Positions 22,598-29,278 of a stretch of DNA of 32,000 nucleotides are shown here, piece by piece. A model generated the notes under the pieces. That model was not told the DNA's origin and did no database searches. It was given only the letters and a program-made list of their open reading frames with translations. The position numbers were made by a program, and so were the translations under genes. Location: contig NC_005070.1 in the NCBI RefSeq assembly GCF_000195975.1, forward strand, positions 1,320,001 through 1,352,000, in the 5' to 3' direction. This DNA is from Parasynechococcus marenigrum WH 8102. GTDB taxonomy: Bacteria > Cyanobacteriota > Cyanobacteriia > PCC-6307 > Cyanobiaceae. How positions within the stretch are numbered: position 1 is the first letter of the stretch; every line of letters begins with the position of its first letter.

Positions 22598-24600
22598 CAG
22601 TTCATTCTCCTACGACGAGCGGGGCGACCGCGCTTGCGTTGTTCACGTGATGTCCAGGGACCAACCAAGTCAGTGCCATATGTCTCTGGTTGGTTGAGCA
22701 GACCGATATGCCCCTCAAATGTTGACGAAGGGTCATCGCCGCCTGCCGCTACTACTTTTTGCCAATAGTCATGCTCTTCTGGCGTCCTGATTCCAATCAA
22801 ATCAACTATGGGCCAACCCTTATCAATTTTCTCTTCCCACCCCTTTTGAAGTCTTTCTGGATCAATAGTATTGTCTTGAAACTGGTAGATGCTATGGACC
22901 TTTGCTTTAAGAGCATCTGACATCTTGTCAAACGATGAATGATTTTTCATCGTCTCCAGCAAGCAGTTGACCATAACCAGCCTTCCTTGATCGAAGACTG
23001 GTTCACCGATGTTGACAAAAGCCTTCATTTCATCGGCTGGAAATACCTCATCATCCAATTCAGCAATCGCATGCCCATCCTCAAGACAGAGCACAAGCTT
23101 TTGTTCTCTTAGCCAAGTGTTGAACGAAACCCTTTGTTCAAGGCTGTTGTCCTCACCGCTGATAAACCCATCGATCTGACGCTTTAGAGCTCTTTCCGCT
23201 TCACGTCCTGTTTGCTGGTGCGTCAACTTATTAACTTCAGCTCTTACGTCATCGACTGCAGCTTGAGCCACGTTCTGATCAGCAAGCAGTTTGTCCAACT
23301 GACGACTGAACTGAGGCAGTACACGCAATAGCTCTGGACTATCGCTGGTAGTGAGCTTCGTAATGTTGCTATTGACTTTGGCTACGTCCTCCTGGATAGA
23401 CCTGAGCGTTTTTTCTGCTTCGAGCAGTGATGACCTTGCGGATGTCAAAGCAGCTTCTTGGACCCCTGCATTGAAAAATTCTTCCCAGCGATATTGAGCA
23501 AGGTGATTCAGTAAGAAAGCTTCTAGGTACTTGTGGCCACGCTGGGTGCAGATGCTGAAGTCATTTCGGCAACGTAGAAATTTTTGACCATTACCGGCGT
23601 TCTTCACCACCATTGGTGAGCCGCAATGACGACAATAAATCGACCCAGCGAAAAGGTTCTGCTGCGTTGGACTGTTGTTGCTGGGACGGGACTGACTACG
23701 TGATGACAGCCCCATCTGAGCTGCATCCCATTCCTCTTGTGTGACGACTGGTGGATAGCAAACAACCTTCTCATCAGATGGTTTGTTGTCTTTCCAGAAG
23801 ACCTTGTAGCCGAGTGCTGCTTCATTACGCAGAACACCCGAAACAGAATTTGGTGTCCACCTCCTGCGGCCATCGCTAACGGCCTTGATTCCTTGGCTGT
23901 CGAGATGGTTTGCAATACGTGTGATGCCCAGCTTTGGCGCAAGACTAAAAATGGTTTTGACATGAGTAGCCCAGTCGTTCAGGACGTACTCGCCATCTTT
24001 CACATCTAGCCAAAACGGATAGTCAGCTCGACCCCTCTTAGTTCGAGCTTTTGGCTTGTGAGTGCCCTGCTTATGTAAGTCACGTTCCTTGCGTCGAGCA
24101 GCAAGCGAACGGTCCTGGCGTTCCAACCATTCGCCTCTAGCACGTTGGATCGCACCAAGAACTACGTAGGCGTCACCGCTGTCTTGCTCAAAACAAGACA
24201 GCACCTTGCCGCCTAGTTCACAGAACGCGATAGCACCACCTGCATCCCATAGACGCAGAAGAGTCTTCAGAACGGCTTCTATGGGCTCTCGACTGAACCT
24301 AGATACCTTCTCCACCACCAGACACGTTCCACGCGGCAGAACGCCTTTCTCAAGCTCTGAGATGAACCATTCGAACCGGCCGGCTTTGGCGCCGCTAACC
24401 GTGACTCTGATTTCTCGATCCAGCGAGTAGTCCGGATGCTCAGACAGCCATGACTCAATGGCACGTTGCTGGCGCTCCTCACCACTGCGATCTTCACCGG
24501 ATTGCTTGCCGGTACTGACACGCGAATATGAGATGGCCACTTTGTGACCAGCCACATCAGCCTTGGTGCTGGCTTTGGTTTTGCTCTTTTGAGCAACCAT
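22597..24600 (-). CDS. Large serine recombinase (resolvase catalytic domain + recombinase domain + zinc ribbon + coiled coil + C-terminal extension)
   Basis: Catalytic motif VAISYSRVSTGKQ and VVEKVSRFSRE. Recombinase domain ..ITRIANHLDSQGIKAV..WTPNSVSGVLRNEAALG. Zinc ribbon CRHCGSPM..LRCRNDFSIC. 667 aa. Confidence 0.9.
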   Translation of the reverse strand: MVAQKSKTKASTKADVAGHKVAISYSRVSTGKQSGEDRSGEERQQRAIESWLSEHPDYSLDREIRVTVSGAKAGRFEWFISELEKGVLPRGTCLVVEKVSRFSREPIEAVLKTLLRLWDAGGAIAFCELGGKVLSCFEQDSGDAYVVLGAIQRARGEWLERQDRSLAARRKERDLHKQGTHKPKARTKRGRADYPFWLDVKDGEYVLNDWATHVKTIFSLAPKLGITRIANHLDSQGIKAVSDGRRRWTPNSVSGVLRNEAALGYKVFWKDNKPSDEKVVCYPPVVTQEEWDAAQMGLSSRSQSRPSNNSPTQQNLFAGSIYCRHCGSPMVVKNAGNGQKFLRCRNDFSICTQRGHKYLEAFLLNHLAQYRWEEFFNAGVQEAALTSARSSLLEAEKTLRSIQEDVAKVNSNITKLTTSDSPELLRVLPQFSRQLDKLLADQNVAQAAVDDVRAEVNKLTHQQTGREAERALKRQIDGFISGEDNSLEQRVSFNTWLREQKLVLCLEDGHAIAELDDEVFPADEMKAFVNIGEPVFDQGRLVMVNCLLETMKNHSSFDKMSDALKAKVHSIYQFQDNTIDPERLQKGWEEKIDKGWPIVDLIGIRTPEEHDYWQKVVAAGGDDPSSTFEGHIGLLNQPETYGTDLVGPWTSREQRKRGRPARRRRMN

Positions 24601-24608
24601 TGGAAACG

Positions 24609-24657
24609 CTTAGACCTGCTGCGCTGCAATGACTCTAGCTACCTATGCAAGTCTAAG
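24609..24657. promoter_or_regulatory. 49-bp imperfect palindrome 9 nt upstream of the recombinase ATG (att-like site or operator)
   Basis: Arms CTTAGACCTGC (24609-24619) and GCAAGTCTAAG (24647-24657) match at 10 of 11 positions as an inverted repeat, with a 27-bp spacer. Confidence 0.45.
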
Positions 24658-24775
24658 TACGTGACCATGCCCCCATGCTGGCAAGGCCAGACAAGAGCAC
24701 ATTCAGCGATTGGTAGCTGCTGATACAGAAATGCCCTATGATCAACTTACGTTGAGCTTCTTCAATGAAGCTGCA

Positions 24776-24785
24776 GTCAGACCCA
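24776..24785. repeat. Right copy of the 10-bp inverted repeat (GTCAGACCCA) at the island edge
   Basis: Exact reverse complement of 15187-15196. Coincides with the return to host-like GC. Confidence 0.4.
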
Positions 24786-24825
24786 CGCCAGGCAACGGGG
24801 GCATGGGCGCTGAAGAGGTGATGTC

Positions 24826-25071
24826 ATGAACACACTTCAACTGATCAAAGCCCGCACCACCCGCACCCGGGCCATGCAACGGGCGCGCCTGCAGATGGCC
24901 AAGGCCTTCGGCAGTGCTGACCACATCGATGCCACCCACACACCGGTGGGAGTTGGCCAGAAGCCACAACTGCGTTATCGCGGCGTGGCGTATGACCCGA
25001 TCCACCAGGATCAGGAGGCCACCGGCGGTCGCGAACTTCGCTATCGCGGCGTGAGCTATGGGGTGTATTGA
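24826..25071 (+). CDS. DUF4278 domain protein
   Basis: Repeated LRYRGVAY / LRYRGVSY motifs typical of the cyanobacterial DUF4278 family. Confidence 0.7.
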   Translation: MNTLQLIKARTTRTRAMQRARLQMAKAFGSADHIDATHTPVGVGQKPQLRYRGVAYDPIHQDQEATGGRELRYRGVSYGVY

Positions 25072-25092
25072 ATCTCCAGTCAACAGCAACGA

Positions 25093-25118
25093 GCGGGGGA
25101 CACTCCTCCGCTTTTTTT
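25093..25118. terminator. Rho-independent terminator, probably shared by convergent genes
   Basis: GCGGGGGA (25093-25100) pairs with TCCTCCGC (25104-25111) including one G-U pair, with a 3-nt loop and then T7 (25112-25118). Confidence 0.65.
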
Positions 25119-25122
25119 GTGC

Positions 25123-25236
25123 TCAGCCCTTGGGAACGAACGCCTGGGATGCCGCGATCAGAAGCCCGGTGATCAGCAGGGCAGGAAGGATGACAGTTGG
25201 GCCGCCGGGGGCCGTCTGGGAAGCGAACAGCAGCAT
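25123..25236 (-). CDS. Possible 37-aa single-TM micro-protein (MLLFASQTAPGGPTVILPALLITGLLIAASQAFVPKG)
   Basis: Hand-translated, below the track cutoff. It ends 5 nt from the terminator hairpin. Confidence 0.35.
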   Translation of the reverse strand: MLLFASQTAPGGPTVILPALLITGLLIAASQAFVPKG

Positions 25237-25555
25237 GTAAGGCAAAGAAAGCCGAAGTGTTCAGATTGCCAGATCCGGACTAGGGATGCATCTGAGCAGT
25301 CACGCATCGCCATGAACTGTCTGCCATCGAGGCTCAGCAGGACACGATGACGGGAAAAAGAAACAATTCACCCTGAACAGCCGCAGCGGACCGCAAAGAC
25401 CTGGAGTTACAACTCGCCGAACGAAGCGGCTCGGACGGTGGCAAGTCACTCAGCACTTTGCGGGGGCGAATCAGGGACTGCTGCATCCAGGCATCGGCAC
25501 GGAAGGTGGCGTAGGGAGAGCTGCAAGCCATGAAGACCTCACTGATACACCTGTT

Positions 25556-25579
25556 CTAGTGCGTCTGTACTAGTGCGTC
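25556..25579. repeat. Tandem direct repeat CTAGTGCGTC x2 (14-bp period)
   Basis: Exact 10-mers at 25556-25565 and 25570-25579, lying between two minus-strand small ORFs. Confidence 0.6.
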
Positions 25580-25589
25580 AATGGGCTGA

Positions 25590-25769
25590 TCAGATTCCGC
25601 AGCCGCCGTCGACATTGCCGCTGTCGTCATGGAGCTGCTGAAGGCGCTTGAGGAGCTCCCCATCGCCAACGATCACCCGACGTCGACCATCCACTCCCAT
25701 GTAGGTGAGCCTGCCTTCCGCATCCACCACCAGGGCCGTGAGCGGCGTCACCGAGGAGGGCTCGTCCAT
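25590..25769 (-). CDS. Hypothetical small protein (59 aa; MDEPSSVTPLTALVVDAEGRLTYMGVDGRRRVIVGDGELLKRLQQLHDDSGNVDGGCGI)
   Basis: Hand-translated, one residue below the track cutoff. Codon usage is host-like. The plus-strand ORF 25629-25898 that overlaps it looks like antisense noise. Confidence 0.45.
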   Translation of the reverse strand: MDEPSSVTPLTALVVDAEGRLTYMGVDGRRRVIVGDGELLKRLQQLHDDSGNVDGGCGI

Positions 25770-25842
25770 GGATCAACGACGCAGTGGGATCACCATGCCA
25801 GCCCTATTACCACGAACGAGAACCCAATAAGTCAAACAACCC

Positions 25843-26001
25843 ATGCCAACAACCACTGTTCACGCTGCACTGACACCAGACCCCGCTGTTCGTTATGACC
25901 TCATGCCCATGGCCGCGCAGACGTGCGCCAATCGCTCGTCTGCGGGACTGGTGGACCCCACCCATGCGCCAATCGCCGTCGACCACCGCTGCAGTGGATG
26001 A
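25843..26001 (+). CDS. Possible 52-aa ORF (MPTTTVHAALTPDPAVRYDLMPMAAQTCANRSSAGLVDPTHAPIAVDHRCSG)
   Basis: Hand-translated, with no family recognised. A 10-bp-stem hairpin lies about 80 nt downstream. Confidence 0.25.
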   Translation: MPTTTVHAALTPDPAVRYDLMPMAAQTCANRSSAGLVDPTHAPIAVDHRCSG

Positions 26002-26083
26002 CCAACAGCAGCTCTGGAGCACGTTGATGCAGGGGGGCTTCTGGCTTTCCTGAGACGGAAACACGATCTCCAATCAGGTCGCC

Positions 26084-26118
26084 ATTGATTGATTAGAAGC
26101 GGTGAACCATCAATCAAT
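26084..26118. repeat. Perfect 10-bp inverted repeat ATTGATTGAT / ATCAATCAAT with a 15-nt spacer
   Basis: Arms at 26084-26093 and 26109-26118, in an apparently non-coding gap. Confidence 0.6.
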
Positions 26119-26413
26119 CCACGGCTTCGCCAACGTTCTTAACAGCTTTTCCACAACCAGACATCCTCAGGATGTCCATGCCAAGGCGGGGCTTGCCGCA
26201 CGCAGGGGAAAACCGATTTTCCTCTTGACGAGGCCGGAGAGAAGCCTGTAGTACAGAGCACATCGCGGTCAAGATCGCCTGCAAACACTGATCTCACCCC
26301 CAACAGGGTCAACTTGATCGGTCCATCGGAACGGTTTTGACGAACCGACTCGTGACGTGCGGAGATGGATTGAAGGAAGCGCAGAGAGCAATTTGCTGAC
26401 CACTCCGGATTCC

Positions 26414-26641
26414 ATGCCGCCACACGTCAGTGTGGAAAACCAGTTGCCGCAGGATCTTTATGAGGCCATGGGTCGATTTATCGAGAGCCATCCGCAATGG
26501 GACCAGTACCGCCTGGTCCAGGTGGCCATCGCTGGCTTCCTGTTTCAGCAGTGCAGCCAGGAGCGGGTGGTGGCGCAGCACTATCTAAAAGGACTGTTCC
26601 ACCCCAGGCCAGATCCATGCCAGATGGCGATCGATCGCTGA
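26414..26641 (+). CDS. DUF2811 domain protein
   Basis: ..LPQDLYEAMGRFIESHPQWDQYRLVQVAIAGFLFQQ.. matches the cyanobacterial DUF2811 pattern. Start taken at M20 of the track ORF. Confidence 0.7.
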   Translation: MPPHVSVENQLPQDLYEAMGRFIESHPQWDQYRLVQVAIAGFLFQQCSQERVVAQHYLKGLFHPRPDPCQMAIDR

Positions 26642-26808
26642 GCTGTGATTGCTGTGCATCCCCTGGAGGGCTGCACTACAGGGTCCGAACCGATGCGCTG
26701 ACGGAGTGGGTCTTCGTTTGTCCCTCCTGTTGGCCCAAGTTGAAGGCGCAACCCGGGTACCGCTATGGAGGGACCCGAAAGGCGGATCGCCGTCGCCGTC
26801 GGCGCTGA
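26617..26808 (+). CDS. Small Cys-rich (zinc-ribbon-like) protein with Arg-rich tail (63 aa)
   Basis: MPDGDRSLSCDCC..VFVCPSCWPKLK..RKADRRRRRR. Internal ATG of track ORF 26497-26808, overlapping the DUF2811 3' end by 25 nt. Confidence 0.5.
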   Translation: MPDGDRSLSCDCCASPGGLHYRVRTDALTEWVFVCPSCWPKLKAQPGYRYGGTRKADRRRRRR

Positions 26809-26810
26809 AC

Positions 26811-27164
26811 TCAGGGCAGCGGTTGGCAGTCGTAGGCGACGATCGAGCCGCGGCGCTGCAGAAATTCCGGCTGCAGGGGATCCTCGACCCGCCACCACCA
26901 ACGACCGTCGGTGTAGCTGGGTGCACCGGCATTGTTCGTTCGCGGTAGCTGCAAGGTCATCTCACGCCAGTGGATCAGAACTCCATCACCGGGGAGCGTC
27001 CCGGCCGAGGTGTTCGGAACCCCTCCTGGCAGACCGGTCGGATCCACCGCACCAGCCACGGTCTCCACCCTCAGCTGATCACCGTCACAGCTCCAGTCTG
27101 CAGCGGCCGGAGCCGGCAACAAGCAGAGCAGCATCGACAGGATCAACGACAGGAGGGCACCCAC
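26811..27164 (-). CDS. Hypothetical secreted protein (117 aa)
   Basis: Signal peptide MGALLSLILSMLLCLLPAPAAA and a Cys pair near the two ends of the mature protein. Confidence 0.6.
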   Translation of the reverse strand: MGALLSLILSMLLCLLPAPAAADWSCDGDQLRVETVAGAVDPTGLPGGVPNTSAGTLPGDGVLIHWREMTLQLPRTNNAGAPSYTDGRWWWRVEDPLQPEFLQRRGSIVAYDCQPLP

Positions 27165-27178
27165 GACAGACTTGTCCG

Positions 27179-27562
27179 ATGACTCTCACACTCGTCTACG
27201 ACGGCGGCTGCCCCTTCTGCCGTTCCTTTGCCCTGCGCAGTGAGCTGGTGAGCGGGATCAAGGAGCTGGAGATCCGTGATGGTCGAGCCGACAACGAGCT
27301 GCGCTACCGCCTTCAGCAACAGGGTTACCGCCTTGCTGACGGGGCGATGCTGTTGGAAGGCGACACGATTTGGCACGGAAGCACAGCCATTGCAGAACTG
27401 TGCCGCCGCATGCAACCGAGTGATCCAATGCTGAAGATGATGCGCCAACTGTTTCGCGATGAAGGGCGTGCCGCGGGGCTTTACCCCTCCCTGTTGCTGG
27501 CGCGACGACTCGCCCTGACCATTCAAGGAAAGCCTGTGGACCCGGACGCTCATCAGACCTGA
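27179..27562 (+). CDS. DCC-family thiol-disulfide oxidoreductase (DUF393)
   Basis: N-terminal LVYDGGCPFCRSF (DGxCxxC) motif. Start taken at the internal ATG at 27179 of the track ORF. Confidence 0.75.
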   Translation: MTLTLVYDGGCPFCRSFALRSELVSGIKELEIRDGRADNELRYRLQQQGYRLADGAMLLEGDTIWHGSTAIAELCRRMQPSDPMLKMMRQLFRDEGRAAGLYPSLLLARRLALTIQGKPVDPDAHQT

Positions 27563-27607
27563 GCGAGGACTGGTGTGGCATCACGACCCCATAAGGGTCT
27601 ACGGTGA

Positions 27608-27925
27608 ATGCATCTCCTTCAGGTTTCCTTAAGCATCGACCCCGATCCCTCTGTCCCCGATGCCCTGAGCCGCCACCAGCTCAGCGCTCTGCTCAAAGCA
27701 GCGATGGAGGGAACGCAGGCGCGGATGGCAAGTATTGACGAGGACGAACTGCTGCGGGCAGCATTGAGCGCCTGGGCTGATCAAACCAAGGAACTGCTCC
27801 AGTGGATCGAAAGCCAGGGTGATGAAGTCAGCGATACCAGAACACCAAAACAAGTCATGGCCCTGGGCAGCTTCCGCACCCACTTGGTGATGGGGCTGAA
27901 GGCACTGCGATATGCAGAGAGCTGA
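27608..27925 (+). CDS. Hypothetical protein (105 aa)
   Basis: ORF in the track. Helical, with host-like composition. Confidence 0.5.
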   Translation: MHLLQVSLSIDPDPSVPDALSRHQLSALLKAAMEGTQARMASIDEDELLRAALSAWADQTKELLQWIESQGDEVSDTRTPKQVMALGSFRTHLVMGLKALRYAES

Positions 27926-28155
27926 TCGCGTTCAGAGTCAGCGTGTCGGTTCAAGTTCCAAAGCGATGCTCATATCAACCTGTTCCGCGAAATCCTCGAG
28001 CTCGGCATTCAACTCAATCAACAACACGGCTAAAGCCGAAGCAAACTCGATGCAGAAGTCGTCTGCCACAGCGTCTCAGAACGGGACCCACTAGTTCTAG
28101 AGACAGGATTGGCGCTGCCGTGGCTGTCCTCAACTGATGTTCACAAACGCTGAAT

Positions 28156-28320
28156 TCAGGCCACCAAGCGTGCGCTGAACTGATCGAAATCAAGATTCAA
28201 CTGACGCATCCGATCACGAATTCCCAGGCAATCTCGGCATGAACATGGCTTTTGGCCGGAATCAACACGATGCAGGAGAAGTGGAAGGATTTGATCTTCG
28301 TCTTCGTAGAGAAGAGACAT
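28156..28320 (-). CDS. Hypothetical small protein (54 aa from M21 of the track ORF)
   Basis: MSLLYEDEDQILPLLLHRVDSGQKPCSCRDCLGIRDRMRQLNLDF... No family recognised. Confidence 0.35.
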   Translation of the reverse strand: MSLLYEDEDQILPLLLHRVDSGQKPCSCRDCLGIRDRMRQLNLDFDQFSARLVA

Positions 28321-28422
28321 GTTTTCTCCGACAGAGAATAAAGTTGCAAAGATTTTTACCAGAACCAGCTTCAACGACAACTACAAATCGTTTTCAATGG
28401 TGTTATCAACACACTGGAATCG

Positions 28423-28662
28423 TCAGGATTCAACAACAACACGTGCATTCACCAGCAATCCTGCGGAGCGTGCATCCTCAAGCAGCGTGCTCAGGCAATC
28501 CATCCCGAAACAGGCTTCACCAGACAGGAGCGTGGTCCACTCCTCCTCCGGGAAGTGGGTTTGCAGCCATAACGCGCCATGGACACTGGCAACGATCAGA
28601 CGGACAAATCCTGGGCGATCAACGTGCTGAACAAGGAGATCCAAGGCCGTCTGCTGACTCAA
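28423..28662 (-). CDS. Hypothetical protein (79 aa)
   Basis: ORF in the track with plausible composition. Confidence 0.45.
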   Translation of the reverse strand: MSQQTALDLLVQHVDRPGFVRLIVASVHGALWLQTHFPEEEWTTLLSGEACFGMDCLSTLLEDARSAGLLVNARVVVES

Positions 28663-28785
28663 CTGTCTCCATTACGCCGGACAACGGAAAAACCAATTGT
28701 TCGTCCTGATACGAAATCAGCAAGAAGTCTCCTCGTGGCCGGAATTTTTATTGGTTAGGTTAATTCTGTTACGGGTTTGAACACC

Positions 28786-28938
28786 GTGCAGGACGACCTG
28801 ACAGCCATTCTGATTTCCTCCGTGTTTGTGGGAGCCGGGGTTGTGGTGGCGCGGTTCTTCCGTGAGGTGTCTCTGCTGGCAGCCTTTTTTCTCGTGGGCT
28901 TCATCGGCTTGGAGCTGACGCTTGTGCTGATCAGCTGA
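28786..28938 (+). CDS. Possible 50-aa two-TM micro-protein (GTG start; ..QDDLTAILISSVFVGAGVVVARFFREVSLLAAFFLVGFIGLELTLVLIS)
   Basis: Hand-translated. The competing minus-strand ORFs (28717-29055, 28755-28958) look like antisense noise. Confidence 0.3.
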   Translation: MQDDLTAILISSVFVGAGVVVARFFREVSLLAAFFLVGFIGLELTLVLIS

Positions 28939-29278
28939 GCTCCTGATCCCGTTGCCAACGCATGCCCAGCCTGAACCGTTGATAACGGACCATCGCTTGC
29001 TCCTGGCTGAGGTGGGGATAAAGCGCTGATGCTTCCTCGAGGGTTGTGGGCTCACGCAACCAATCCTGATCCGGTGGTGTGGCCGCCGCTGCTGAATCGC
29101 GCCGCCAGCGTTGAAAACCTGGCAGATGCCGGCGCCATCGATCGAGAAGCTCGAGGGGATGAATCACGAAGTTTTCACAGAAAAACTCGTTTTGAAGGAC
29201 TGTCGCCGCGCTCAAGGGCGAGCTAGCACGAGTCAGCACGAGAGGAATGATGGCCCGCTTCGGACTGAAGATGATCAC
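28931..29278 (-). CDS. Hypothetical protein (115 aa, GTG start)
   Basis: ORF in the track. Its start overlaps the stop of the upstream SDR gene (GTGA). Confidence 0.4.
   Translation of the reverse strand: MIIFSPKRAIIPLVLTRASSPLSAATVLQNEFFCENFVIHPLELLDRWRRHLPGFQRWRRDSAAAATPPDQDWLREPTTLEEASALYPHLSQEQAMVRYQRFRLGMRWQRDQELS

Larger units (their letters stand above)
15187..24785. mobile_element. Composite integrative island of about 9.6 kb (tyrosine-recombinase/replication module plus large-serine-recombinase cargo module); boundaries approximate
   Basis: GC step: counted lines give 52% at 16501-16560, 35% at 19141-19200, 38% at 21601-21660 and 27% at 22261-22320, against 73% at 10441-10500. The island carries two recombinases, a helicase-type replication protein and an RHH regulator. 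A 10-bp inverted repeat sits at the two edges. Confidence 0.65.

Noticed and set aside
25334-25531. 65-aa minus-strand ORF (MACSSPYATFRADAWMQQSLIRPRKVL...)
   Set aside because: The first half has host-like codons, but the second half is Ser/Arg/Leu-rich and implausible. Left uncalled, though a shorter real peptide is possible.
26139-26581. Track ORFs 26139-26423 and 26309-26581 on the minus strand
   Set aside because: They have no motifs and odd composition, and they overlap the recognisable DUF2811 gene or the palindrome-rich gap.
27926-28155. Track ORFs 27912-28094 and 27943-28137 in the convergent intergenic region
   Set aside because: The products are Ser/Arg/Gln-rich and low-complexity, and I found no supported minus-strand alternative. 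Treated as non-coding.
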